DNA from: Rhodothermales bacterium
GTDB taxonomy: Bacteria; Bacteroidota; Rhodothermia; Rhodothermales; VXPQ01
Direction: 5' to 3'
NCBI GenBank assembly: GCA_040904565.1
Contig: JBBDTI010000067.1
Span: 26,342 to 90,341 of the forward strand
DNA: 64,000 bases
Shown here piece by piece: positions 8,351-18,264 of the stretch. How positions within the stretch are numbered: the first letter of the stretch is position 1; each line of letters begins with the position of its first letter. The translations under genes were made by a program, and so were the position numbers. Under the pieces are notes generated by a model, which saw only the letters and a list, made by a program, of their open reading frames with translations, was not told the origin of the DNA and searched no databases.

Positions 8351-10366
8351 ATGTATTTACTTGAAGGTATGGTACGAGCGTTCTCTTTGGATCTACTCGC
8401 CGCATCACTCACGGCCGTACTGCTCGTGGCTGCGTGTGCCGGTTGCGCAGGTACGGAGGATGGCGAAGAGGCCGTCGCCGCGTATCGCAATCTCGATCCG
8501 GACGTGGCGTACGTCGGCCGGGAAGCCTGCCGCTCGTGCCACCCGGACAAGTACGAGACGTTCGTGGAGGCGCAGATGGGACGGTCGATCAAACCCGCGC
8601 ATCCCGACGAAAGTGCGGCCCGATTCGATGGGGTCGATCCCGTTTACGACGAGGCGCTCGACCTGTATTATCGACCCGAGCGGTGGGGCGACGATCTCTT
8701 CGTCGTCGAGTATCGACTGGCGGACGGCGACACGACCCACAAGCGGACCGAGCAGATCGACTTCATCGTCGGGTCGGGCCAGCATACCAACTCCCACATC
8801 ATGTCCGTGAACGGTTACCTGTATCAGATGCCGCTCACGTGGTACGCGCAGGACGGAAAATGGGACCTTCCGCCCGGCTTCGACGGGGGCAACAACTCCC
8901 GCTTCGATCGGCCGATTCCGGAAGCCTGTATGACGTGCCACAATGCGATGCCCGGGTTTGTGGACGGATCGGAGAACCAATTTTCGCACGTACCTGCGGG
9001 CATCGATTGCGAGCGATGTCACGGCCCGGGTGCCCTGCACGTCGAAGAGAAAGAGGCAGGGATGATCGTCGACACGTCGGTCCACGTCGACCGTTCCATC
9101 GTAAACCCGGCACGTCTGCCGCTCGACCGGCAGTTCGATGTCTGCCAGCGGTGCCACATGCAGGGTGCCACCGTGTATGCGCCGGGGATGGGCCCAGGCG
9201 ATTTTCGGCCGGGTATGGACCTGTCGGACGTGCTGAACGTGTTCTGGCCACGTTATGCGGACAGTACGCAGCAATTCATTATGGCCTCGCACCCGGATCG
9301 CATGCGGATGAGCGCGTGCTTCACGGGCAGCCACGAGGAGGGGGCGAGCTTCGAACCCATGACGTGCACGACGTGCCACGATCCGCACGTGCCGATCGAG
9401 GCGCTGGGGTCGGATCATTACCGGGACGTGTGCCAGTCGTGTCACGAGCCGGAGGAGCTCCACGCCGATGGCGTAGATGCCATGGCTGCCGGTGCGTGTA
9501 CGGAGGAGATCGTTCTCCGCGAAGAGGTCGGCGACGACTGCGTGCAGTGCCACATGCCGGTGTCCGGGTCGACGGACATTCCTCACGTTCGCGTCACGGA
9601 TCACTTCATCCGCGTCGTCGACACGACCGGTAGCGTGAACGATGCGGACGTGGATGCGGCGAAGCGGTTGATCGGGCTGGCGAGTCTGATCGACGATGCG
9701 CCAACCCCCCGTGAGCGTGCGGAGGGATTCATGACCTACTTCGAAGAGGTCCAGAACCGGCCCGATTTTTTGGATTCGGCGGCCGTGTTAGTGGATCGGG
9801 CCGTGGAGGAGCAAGGGCCGACCGCCGTCGCTCCTTCCCTCGTGCGGTTACATCACCTGCAGCGCGATTTTGACGCGACGGTCCGGCTGAGCCGCGAGAT
9901 CGCCATGGCCGAGATCGACGAGCCCTGGACCCACTATCGTGTCGGTGAAGCCTATCAGACTGTCGGCAACGTTCAGGAAGCGATCGTCTACTTCGAGGAA
10001 GCGGTGCGCCGATCCCCCGCTCACCTGCGCTTCCTGAACAAGCTCGGCAGCGCCTACACCGAGGCACGGCGCCTGGATGAGGCGCTCGAGGTCTTCGACC
10101 GTGTACTGAATGCCAACCCGAAGTACGCCGAGGCTCGAAACAACCGCGGGTTCGTCCACATCCTCCAGCAGGATTTCGAGGCGGCGGAGGCAGACTTTCT
10201 CGAAGCGATCCGGCTCGATCCCGACGCGGAAATAGCCTTCGCGAACCTCGCCTCGCTCTACTTCAACACGAATCGCCGGGAGGAAGCCAGGCCCTATGCC
10301 CGGCGCCTGGTGGAGGAGCATCCCGACGATCCCAACTACCAGCGTCTCTGGGAGCTCGTTCGCTGA
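8351..10366 (+). CDS. Multiheme (7 CxxCH) cytochrome c fused to C-terminal TPR repeats
   Basis: CRSCH, CMTCH, CERCH, CQRCH, CTTCH, CQSCH, CVQCH; TDHFIR; TPR-like helices (AEARNNRG, AFANLASLY); signal or lipoprotein N-terminus. Start is 8351 or 8369. Confidence 0.9.
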   Translation: MYLLEGMVRAFSLDLLAASLTAVLLVAACAGCAGTEDGEEAVAAYRNLDPDVAYVGREACRSCHPDKYETFVEAQMGRSIKPAHPDESAARFDGVDPVYDEALDLYYRPERWGDDLFVVEYRLADGDTTHKRTEQIDFIVGSGQHTNSHIMSVNGYLYQMPLTWYAQDGKWDLPPGFDGGNNSRFDRPIPEACMTCHNAMPGFVDGSENQFSHVPAGIDCERCHGPGALHVEEKEAGMIVDTSVHVDRSIVNPARLPLDRQFDVCQRCHMQGATVYAPGMGPGDFRPGMDLSDVLNVFWPRYADSTQQFIMASHPDRMRMSACFTGSHEEGASFEPMTCTTCHDPHVPIEALGSDHYRDVCQSCHEPEELHADGVDAMAAGACTEEIVLREEVGDDCVQCHMPVSGSTDIPHVRVTDHFIRVVDTTGSVNDADVDAAKRLIGLASLIDDAPTPRERAEGFMTYFEEVQNRPDFLDSAAVLVDRAVEEQGPTAVAPSLVRLHHLQRDFDATVRLSREIAMAEIDEPWTHYRVGEAYQTVGNVQEAIVYFEEAVRRSPAHLRFLNKLGSAYTEARRLDEALEVFDRVLNANPKYAEARNNRGFVHILQQDFEAAEADFLEAIRLDPDAEIAFANLASLYFNTNRREEARPYARRLVEEHPDDPNYQRLWELVR

Positions 10367-10508
10367 ACGTCTCGCTTGCGAAGGACGTTCAACGCGGAGC
10401 TTCATGCTTCGTACCTTATCTGTGCCTACCGGACGAGCACCGTGAGGGGTTTACACGCGAGACATCCGCATCATTACCTGAAGATTACTGGAAGACTACT
10501 GGCGAGCG

Positions 10509-11678
10509 ATGAGCGATCCGTTTCAACCGAAACCTGAAGACAAGTTCACGTTTGGGCTTTGGACCGTGGGAAACGTCGGGCGGGACCCGTTTGGCGGACC
10601 CGTGCGCGAGACCCTCTCGCCCGTCGACCTCGTGCACCTGCTTGCCGACGTAGGCGCCTACGGCGTCAATTTTCACGACAATGACCTGGTGCCCATCGAC
10701 GCTTCGGCGGCGGAGCGGGACCGCATCGTTCGCGACTTCAAGCGGGCGCTCGACGAGACGGGATTGACGGTGCCGATGGCGACGACGAATCTATTTTCGG
10801 ATCCGGCATTCCGTGACGGGGCCTTTACAGCCAACGACCCGGCGGTTCGGGCGTATGCCATCCACAAAACCATGCGAGCGATGGATCTCGGCGTGGAGCT
10901 CGGCGCGGAGACGTACGTGTTCTGGGGCGGACGGGAAGGTACGGAGTCTGATGCGACCAAGGATCCGGTCGATGCCCTCAAGTGGATGCGTGAGGCGATT
11001 AACTTTCTTTGCGAGTATGCCGTCGATCGGGGATACGACCTGCGGTTCGCCCTGGAGCCCAAGCCCAACGAACCCCGCGGCGACATCTATCTGTCGACCG
11101 TCGGCGCGATGCTGGGGTTCATCGCTACGCTGGATCGTCCCGAGATGGTCGGTGTGAATCCGGAGGTAGCGCACGAGCACATGGCCGGGCTCAACTTCAC
11201 GCACGCCGTCGCGCAGGCCTGGGATGCCGGCAAGCTCTTCCACATCGACCTGAACGATCAGAATCCGGGTCGGTACGACCAGGACTTTCGCTTTGCGGCG
11301 TACAATCCGAAAGCGGCCTTCTATCTCGTCAAGCTGCTCGAGGACGTGGGTTACGAAGGTCCGCGGCACTTCGACGCCCACGCATTCAGAACCGAAGACG
11401 TCCAGGGGGTAAAGGACTTTGCGCGCGGTTGCATGCGCAGTTACCTTATTCTTCGCGAGAAGGCCGTAGCCTTCGGGCGGGATGCCGAGATTCAAGCATT
11501 GTTGTCGGAGATCACGGAGCCGTCTGCCGACTACCCGGCGTACGATAGCGGTTACACGCGAGAAAGCGCCGAGGCGCTCAAGTCGCACCCCTTCGACCGT
11601 CACCAGCTTGCCGAAAAAGGATTGCAATACGAACGACTCGACCAGCTCGTGACCGATCTCCTGCTCGGCGTGCGCTGA
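10509..11678 (+). CDS. xylA: Xylose isomerase (class I, short type)
   Basis: [60 protein letters not shown]. Confidence 0.96.
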   Translation: MSDPFQPKPEDKFTFGLWTVGNVGRDPFGGPVRETLSPVDLVHLLADVGAYGVNFHDNDLVPIDASAAERDRIVRDFKRALDETGLTVPMATTNLFSDPAFRDGAFTANDPAVRAYAIHKTMRAMDLGVELGAETYVFWGGREGTESDATKDPVDALKWMREAINFLCEYAVDRGYDLRFALEPKPNEPRGDIYLSTVGAMLGFIATLDRPEMVGVNPEVAHEHMAGLNFTHAVAQAWDAGKLFHIDLNDQNPGRYDQDFRFAAYNPKAAFYLVKLLEDVGYEGPRHFDAHAFRTEDVQGVKDFARGCMRSYLILREKAVAFGRDAEIQALLSEITEPSADYPAYDSGYTRESAEALKSHPFDRHQLAEKGLQYERLDQLVTDLLLGVR

Positions 11679-11725
11679 GTGGCTCCATCCCCCGAACCTC
11701 ATCTTTGCAAACAGCGCAACCCCGA

Positions 11726-12103
11726 ATGAACGACTACCAGTCCGACGCCCTACGAACCCTTTCCACCCAGTTCCACCTGTCGGATGACGACGGGGAGAAC
11801 GGGGTCAGTCCCGATTTGCTCCACGGTGCCATCGGACTCGCCACCGAGGCGGGCGAGCTGCTCGATGCCGTCAAACGATCGCTCTTTTACGGTGGCGAGC
11901 TGGACCGTACGAACCTCGTGGAAGAGCTGGGCGATCTGGAGTGGTACATGGCCGTCATTCGAGACGCGCTCGCCGTCGAGCAGAATGAGGTTCAGCGCAT
12001 CAATATCGACAAATTGAAGGCGCGATATCCGGAGAAATTTTCGTCCGACGACGCACTTCAACGCGACCTGGCGAGGGAGCGTGAAATACTGGAGAACGGC
12101 TGA
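11726..12103 (+). CDS. MazG-like nucleotide pyrophosphohydrolase
   Basis: GLATEAGELLDAVK, EELGDLEWY, NIDKLKARYP. Confidence 0.88.
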   Translation: MNDYQSDALRTLSTQFHLSDDDGENGVSPDLLHGAIGLATEAGELLDAVKRSLFYGGELDRTNLVEELGDLEWYMAVIRDALAVEQNEVQRINIDKLKARYPEKFSSDDALQRDLAREREILENG

Positions 12104-12215
12104 GAGACGCCACCGCCATTATGACCGATGCATCACCTACCGGAAACGATGCCGACCGGGTTGTCGACGCCAGGCAAGCCGACGGCCGCGAGTATTTCGA
12201 GGATCCGTCCGCACC

Positions 12216-13418
12216 ATGAATCGCGACGACGTTCGATCGTTTGTGGACACGCTGCACGAACCGGCTGCCGTCTTGACGAGTCGAGGGCGCTTCCTCGTGG
12301 TGAACGATGCGTTTCAAAGCGTGCTTCGCGATGTCGATTGCCCCGGTGCCGAGCGGTTGCACGATGCGGTGGCGGACGAGGAAGACGACGTGGCGTCGTT
12401 TCTAGCCCAGGCCGCTCGCTCGCGGCCTTCCATCCAGTGCGGATTGACACTGGGTTCGGCGGCTGTGGGGCAGCGCATGACGTGCTTCGGCGGACGCCTG
12501 GATCCCGGCGACGAAGAGCACGAGCCCCACATTCTCTTACGATGCTATCGCTCGAATGAATCGGTACGGCAGTTTCAACTTCTCAGTCGAAAGATCGACG
12601 AACTGAATGCCGAAATACGCCGGCGGCAGGGCGTAGAGCGGGATCTGAGAGACATTCGGTCGGAACTCGAGCGTCGCGTAGAGAAGCGCACGTCGGAACT
12701 CAAGCGCGTCAATATCGACCTCGTGCAGCGGAACAAATCTCTCGAGGAGTTTGCCTCCGTGGCGTCGCACGACCTTCGTGAACCGCTTCGCAAGATCACG
12801 GTTTTCGGCGGCATGCTGGAAGATGAGCTCGGGCCGGAGCTATCCGATCATCACCGATCGATGCTCGAGCGCATGATCACCGCCGCCACCCGGATGAAGA
12901 CGTTGATCAGAGGACTTCTGGCCTATTCGCGTCTTTCCACGTCGGATTATTCCTTCGAAACGGTCGACCTGTCGAAGGTCGTAGACGATGTACTGGTGGA
13001 CCTGGAGATCGCGGTCGCTCGTGCGGGCGCGGTCATAGAGGTCGACGCGCTGCCTCATCTCGAGGCGGACGCCACGCAGATGCGCCAGCTCTTCCAGAAT
13101 CTGATCAGCAACAGTCTCAAGTTTCGGCGTCCCGACGTCTCGCCCCGCGTCGAGATTTCCTGTATGATGGATCGTGAGGGCAAACAGATTGAAATCGCCG
13201 TCTCGGATAACGGAATTGGATTCGAGTCGACCTATGCAGAGCAGATCTTCGAGCCGTTTCGGCGGCTGAACCCCCAGCACGAGTTTGAGGGATCGGGTAT
13301 CGGACTCGCCATGTGCCGGCGCATCGTAGAGCGCCATGGGGGCACGATCTCGGCGACGTCGACGCCCGGCGAGGGGACGACGTTTCACATGATGCTGCCG
13401 CTGGAGGCATCGGACTAA
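12216..13418 (+). CDS. Cytoplasmic sensor histidine kinase (PAS-like, coiled coil, HisKA, HATPase)
   Basis: FASVASHDLREPLR H-box, QNLISNSLKF N-box, DNGIG, FEPFRRL, GSGIGLA. Confidence 0.93.
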   Translation: MNRDDVRSFVDTLHEPAAVLTSRGRFLVVNDAFQSVLRDVDCPGAERLHDAVADEEDDVASFLAQAARSRPSIQCGLTLGSAAVGQRMTCFGGRLDPGDEEHEPHILLRCYRSNESVRQFQLLSRKIDELNAEIRRRQGVERDLRDIRSELERRVEKRTSELKRVNIDLVQRNKSLEEFASVASHDLREPLRKITVFGGMLEDELGPELSDHHRSMLERMITAATRMKTLIRGLLAYSRLSTSDYSFETVDLSKVVDDVLVDLEIAVARAGAVIEVDALPHLEADATQMRQLFQNLISNSLKFRRPDVSPRVEISCMMDREGKQIEIAVSDNGIGFESTYAEQIFEPFRRLNPQHEFEGSGIGLAMCRRIVERHGGTISATSTPGEGTTFHMMLPLEASD

Positions 13419-13420
13419 AT

Positions 13421-14731
13421 GTGCTCGTGACTGACATCCGCTACGTAAATACGACGTTCGAACGGGAGCCGCTCGTGAAGCCATTCGGTTTCAAGGGAGG
13501 CTTCCTGTCCGATCTGTGGCAGACCGTCGTTCTGCTCGAGAGCTCGAGCGGTCGATCGTCGATCGGGCTGGGGACGCAGAGCGTGTTGTGGTCGGATTCC
13601 GCCGTGTTTGCCACCCACTCGGAAGCCGGCGGCAACGCTCTCATGTTCGCCGTGCTCGAGTTTGCGGCACAGGCCGCCTGCGGACGTTCCTTCCGCACGC
13701 CGCTGGAGCTGCTCGACGGCCTGTTCGAGGAGGCCCGTGAGTATGCGGTTCGGATAACCGAGCGCCCGGACCTTCGAGCGACGTTCGTGCTGAACGCGCT
13801 GGTGGCGCTGGACCATGCCGCGTGGTTGCTTTGTGCTCGGGATAACGGATTGGGATCTTTCGATGAGATGATTCCGGAAGCGTACCGCGAGCCGCTATTG
13901 CATCGGCACGACATCGTGGCGAGCGTCCCGGCCGCGGGTTTTTCGTCGACGCGTGAGGACCTGCTCGCACTGGCGGACGCGGGCTACTTCATCATTAAGG
14001 TCAAGCTGGGTCATCCGGGTGGTCCGGAGGAGATGCTCGCGCGAGACAAACGCCGTATCGAGGAGATCCACGACGTGTTCGGCGATCGAGAGACGGCCCA
14101 CACGGAATCCGGCCGGATTCCCTATTATCTTGACATCAATGGACGCTACGATAGCATAAGTCAGTTGTGGGAGCTGGTCGAGCATGCCGATGCGGTGGGG
14201 GTGCTGGACCAAATCATATTGGTCGAGGAACCATTCCCTGAGGGGTACGAGGCGGACGTGTCGGACCTTCCCGTTCGCATTGCCGCCGACGAGAGTGCGC
14301 ATACGGATGCGGATGCGCGCCGGCTCATAGATATGGGTTACGGTGCGATAGCCCTGAAACCCATCGCGAAGACCGTCAGCATGACCTTGAAGATCGCCGC
14401 CGAAGCGCACGCCCGCGGAATTCCGTGTTTTTGCGCGGACCTTACCGTAAATCCGATACTCGTCGAGTGGAATAAATGCTTCGCCGCGCGCCTCGAGCCG
14501 CTGCCCGGCCTGAACGTGGGGTTGCTCGAAACGAACGGGCATCAGAACTATCTCGATTGGGACCGAATGATGGGGTACAATCCGGCCGCGGGTGCCTCGT
14601 GGACGGAGGTGAAGGCAGGGGCGTTCCACCTCGATTCCGACTTCTTCGCCGAGAGTGGAGGGCTCTTTGAAAGCTCCTCACACTACCTTAACCTCGTCCG
14701 GCCGAGGCATCGGAGCGATGCCGGCCGCTGA
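13421..14731 (+). CDS. Enolase superfamily enzyme (mandelate racemase/muconate lactonizing type), probable sugar-acid dehydratase
   Basis: KVK, LDINGRY, EEPF, ADES metal-ligand pattern, ALKP; GGAGG before GTG at 13421. Confidence 0.85.
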   Translation: MLVTDIRYVNTTFEREPLVKPFGFKGGFLSDLWQTVVLLESSSGRSSIGLGTQSVLWSDSAVFATHSEAGGNALMFAVLEFAAQAACGRSFRTPLELLDGLFEEAREYAVRITERPDLRATFVLNALVALDHAAWLLCARDNGLGSFDEMIPEAYREPLLHRHDIVASVPAAGFSSTREDLLALADAGYFIIKVKLGHPGGPEEMLARDKRRIEEIHDVFGDRETAHTESGRIPYYLDINGRYDSISQLWELVEHADAVGVLDQIILVEEPFPEGYEADVSDLPVRIAADESAHTDADARRLIDMGYGAIALKPIAKTVSMTLKIAAEAHARGIPCFCADLTVNPILVEWNKCFAARLEPLPGLNVGLLETNGHQNYLDWDRMMGYNPAAGASWTEVKAGAFHLDSDFFAESGGLFESSSHYLNLVRPRHRSDAGR

Positions 14732-14798
14732 CAACCATCATCGTACGGTTCCGCCGCGATGCCGCCGCGCCGAGTACGACGTAAGATACACAAGAGAC

Positions 14799-15833
14799 AT
14801 GCCGCTGAACGTAGACCCGTTGAATGAAGAGGGACTCGTGAAGGCCCTTTCACGGCCGTATCGCGAGGACGTCGACGTTGCCGGCAGACTGGACGGCGAC
14901 GTGATCGTTCTGGGTGCGGGCGGCAAGATGGGTCCCACGCTCGTCGCGCGGATCGCTCGGGCGATGCAGCAGGCCGGTAGTCCACACAACGTATATGCCG
15001 TATCCAGGTACTCGGAGCCGGAGCGGTTACGGGAGATCGAGGAAGCCGGGGCAACGGCCATCTCGGCCGACCTGATGGATGAGGAGGCGCTGGCGGACCT
15101 GCCGGCGTGTCCGAACGTGATCTATCTCGTCGGCATGAAATTCGGCGCGTCGGGCGACGCATCGCGGACGTGGGCGCTGAACGCCTATCTCCCCGGCAGG
15201 GTAGCGAGCCGGTACCGCCACGCGCGCATCGTCGCGCTGTCGACGGGAAACGTGTATCCGAAGGTGTCGCCGGCCTCCGGCGGGTGTACGGAAGAGGACC
15301 GGACCGATCCCGTCGGTGAATACGCGCAGTCATGCCTGGGCCGCGAGCGCATGTTCGAATATTTCTCGCGGAGGCATGAGACGCCGACCTGCCTGATACG
15401 GCTGAACTATGCCGTCGAGGCGCGCTACGGCGTCTTTCTCGATATTGCCAGACAGGTCTATCGTGGTGAGCCGGTTTCGGTGGAAATGGGTTACGTGAAC
15501 ACGATCTGGCAAGGTGATGCCAATTCGGTCTGCTTTCGGGCTCTCGAAGCGTGTGCATCGCCGCCGCATGTGCTGAATGTTACGGGACCGGACATCCTCC
15601 GCGTGCGCGACATCGCGGAGGAGTTTGGACGACGATTTGGCGTGTCGCCGGTACTGCACGGTACGGAGCAGCCGACCGCTTTTCTGAGTGACGCCGCCCG
15701 CTGTCACGCGCGGTTCGGAAAGCCGAAGGTAACGACGGAAGAGGTTTTGGATCTCGTCGCCGCGTGGGTCGACGAGGAGCGGGAGACATACGGTAAGCCG
15801 ACTAGGTTTGAGGTGCGCGACGGAAGGTTCTAG
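14799..15833 (+). CDS. NAD-dependent epimerase/dehydratase (extended SDR)
   Basis: LGAGGKMG Rossmann motif, STGNVY, YAQSC, RLNYA. Confidence 0.88.
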   Translation: MPLNVDPLNEEGLVKALSRPYREDVDVAGRLDGDVIVLGAGGKMGPTLVARIARAMQQAGSPHNVYAVSRYSEPERLREIEEAGATAISADLMDEEALADLPACPNVIYLVGMKFGASGDASRTWALNAYLPGRVASRYRHARIVALSTGNVYPKVSPASGGCTEEDRTDPVGEYAQSCLGRERMFEYFSRRHETPTCLIRLNYAVEARYGVFLDIARQVYRGEPVSVEMGYVNTIWQGDANSVCFRALEACASPPHVLNVTGPDILRVRDIAEEFGRRFGVSPVLHGTEQPTAFLSDAARCHARFGKPKVTTEEVLDLVAAWVDEERETYGKPTRFEVRDGRF

Positions 15834-16001
15834 CGCCGCTGTTCGCCGGTGCGATCCGGCCGTCGTTTCTGGCTGCGACGCCGGGCCATGTGCTCATCTC
15901 GTAGCGTCGGGAAGGTCCAGCCGTCGTGGCAGGATGTATCAACAGGTATCGGAGACATCCCAAAGTCATCCCATAGTGACGTATCAAATGACGTATCCGA
16001 C

Positions 16002-17021
16002 GTGAGGCTACGCGAGCGACTACTGGACGGACTTGTCATCCCTGCGCACCCGCTCGCGATCAACGCGAACCGGCGCCTCGATGCGCGCCGGCAGCGTGCG
16101 TTGTCGCGCTACTATCTGGCGGCGGGGGCGGGTGGACTCGCCGTCGGCGTGCATACGACGCAGTTCGAGATTCACGATGAGAATATGGGGCTGTATCGTC
16201 CCGCCCTGGAACTGGCTGCGGACGTTGCCGGGGAGGTGTCCGCCTCACCGGTGCTGGTGGCTGGTCTCGTAGGCGATACCGAGCAGGCCGTTGCCGAGGC
16301 CCGTTTGGCGAAGGACCTTGGATACCACTGCGGCCTCCTTAGTCTCAGCGCGTTCGCGGAAGCATCCGAGGACGCCATGATCGCACACGCCGCTGACGTC
16401 GCCGACGTATTGCCGGTGTTCGGCTTCTATCTTCAGCCCGCCGTAGGCGGACGGTCACTCTCTTATAGATTCTGGCGGCGGTTCGCGGAGATCGAGCATG
16501 TCGTCGCCATCAAAATCGCTCCGTTCGACCGCTATCGAACGATCGATGTCGTTCGGGCCGTAGCAGACTCCGGCCGCGGCCGCGAGATCGCCCTTTACAC
16601 GGGCAATGATGACCAGATCGTACTCGATCTACTCACCAGGTTTCCGTACGATGATCTGTACGTAGCGGGCGGGCTGCTCGGACACTGGGCGGTGTGGACG
16701 CGCCGGGCCGTGGAACTATTCGAGCGGATCCGGTCCGTTCGCGACCGGGATGAGATTCCAGCCGACCTGCTTACGCGCAGCGTCGAGGTGACCGAGGCGA
16801 ACGCCGCCCTGTTCGATCCGCCCAATGCATTTGCCGGATGTATTCCTGGAATTCACGAAGTGCTCCGGCGCCAGGGACTGCTCGAGGGTGTGTGGACGCT
16901 GAACCCCGATGAGGCGCTGTCCCCCGGACAGCGTGAAGAGATCGACCGGATCTATCACACCTACCCGCACCTGACCGATGACGAATTCGTTCGCGAGCAT
17001 ATAGACGAGTGGCTGAAATGA
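16002..17021 (+). CDS. Dihydrodipicolinate synthase-family (class I aldolase-like) protein
   Basis: VIPAHPLA, AVGVHTTQF, FYLQ, AIKIAPF (Schiff-base Lys), LYTGNDD; start is uncertain. Confidence 0.85.
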   Translation: MRLRERLLDGLVIPAHPLAINANRRLDARRQRALSRYYLAAGAGGLAVGVHTTQFEIHDENMGLYRPALELAADVAGEVSASPVLVAGLVGDTEQAVAEARLAKDLGYHCGLLSLSAFAEASEDAMIAHAADVADVLPVFGFYLQPAVGGRSLSYRFWRRFAEIEHVVAIKIAPFDRYRTIDVVRAVADSGRGREIALYTGNDDQIVLDLLTRFPYDDLYVAGGLLGHWAVWTRRAVELFERIRSVRDRDEIPADLLTRSVEVTEANAALFDPPNAFAGCIPGIHEVLRRQGLLEGVWTLNPDEALSPGQREEIDRIYHTYPHLTDDEFVREHIDEWLK

Positions 17022-18262
17022 CATCAAAACCATCGGAACGGCAGTCGACAGGAAGCCGCCTCCGCACGTGGCTGCAGCGGGTTGGCCCTGCGCTCGTCCT
17101 GGCCACGGTCGTTATCGGGCCGGGCACCCTGACGCTCAATACCATCGCCGGTACGACGTATGGATATGCCTTGCTCTGGGTCCCGCTGGTGGCGACCGTG
17201 TTCATGATCGTCTACACGTGGTTGTCTGCCCGGATCAGCCTGGCGACCGGGGAAACGCTCTTCGAACTTGCCCGCGCCCGCTACGGTCGGTCGGTAGCGG
17301 TCGTCGGCGGTATCTTCGCGTATCTGGCCGTGCTCGCCTTTCAGGCCGGCAACAATGCGGCCGTCGGATTTGCCGCGGAAGCCCTGTTCGGACTGACCCC
17401 CCGGAGCTGGGCGGTGCTGTTTTTTGTGCCCGCGCTCGGCCTCATCTTCCTCCCGAATCTCTACGGCAAGATCGAGCTGCTCGTGAAGGTCGTGGTCGGA
17501 CTCATGCTGCTGTCATTCGTGGGCACGCTCGTGATGGTGGGCATTCAGCCGGATGCGGCGGTTCGCGGCATCGTGCCCTCGTTCCCGGACACGGAAGCCA
17601 TCTTCCTGACGCTGGGTATGGCGGCGACGACGTTTTCCATCGTGGCCGCCGTGTATCAGGGCTACCTGATGAAGGAGAAGAAATGGGGGCCGGACGAGCT
17701 GGCCGGTGAAGGGGTGGACACGCTGATCGGCATCGGCATCCTCGGCGGCATTTCCACGGTCATTTTGCTGACGAGCGCGGGAGCGATCTATGCGGCGGGC
17801 GGCGATCCCATCTTCTCGGCGCAGGGCATGGCGGCCCAGCTCGAGCCCCTCGTGGGATCGTCGGCGTTCTACCTGTTCACTATCGGCTTCTTTTTCGCCA
17901 GCTTTTCCTCGCTGGTCGTAAATCCGCTCATCGGCGCGACGCTGCTGGCCGACGGGTTGGATCGGGACGCGTCGATGGACGGGAAACCCGTCAAGCTGTG
18001 GACGTCGATTGCCATGGCGGCCGGACTCCTTGTCGTGCTCGTGTTCGAGGCGCCGCCCGTTGAGCTCATTCGCTTCGCGCAGGGTCTTGCCGTCGTCGCG
18101 TTCCCGCTGCTCGGCTTCCTGGTCCTCACTATCGCGCGGGACCGCGACGTCATGGGCGAATATGCGAGCCGGACCTGGATACACGTCGTGGCCGTCATCG
18201 GCTATATCACGATCGTCGGTATCGTCCTCAATTACCTCCGGCAGATCGCGGCCGTATTCTAG
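17018..18262 (+). CDS. Nramp/YcsG-like (APC fold) membrane transporter
   Basis: GPALVLATVVIGPG, AFQAGNN, about 11 TM segments; ATGA overlap with the upstream gene. Confidence 0.85.
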   Translation: MTSKPSERQSTGSRLRTWLQRVGPALVLATVVIGPGTLTLNTIAGTTYGYALLWVPLVATVFMIVYTWLSARISLATGETLFELARARYGRSVAVVGGIFAYLAVLAFQAGNNAAVGFAAEALFGLTPRSWAVLFFVPALGLIFLPNLYGKIELLVKVVVGLMLLSFVGTLVMVGIQPDAAVRGIVPSFPDTEAIFLTLGMAATTFSIVAAVYQGYLMKEKKWGPDELAGEGVDTLIGIGILGGISTVILLTSAGAIYAAGGDPIFSAQGMAAQLEPLVGSSAFYLFTIGFFFASFSSLVVNPLIGATLLADGLDRDASMDGKPVKLWTSIAMAAGLLVVLVFEAPPVELIRFAQGLAVVAFPLLGFLVLTIARDRDVMGEYASRTWIHVVAVIGYITIVGIVLNYLRQIAAVF

Positions 18263-18264
18263 CC

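Noticed and set aside
11726-12103. MazG-like gene as evidence of a prophage or defence island
   Set aside because: Flanked by chromosomal metabolic genes, with no integrase, structural or defence genes.
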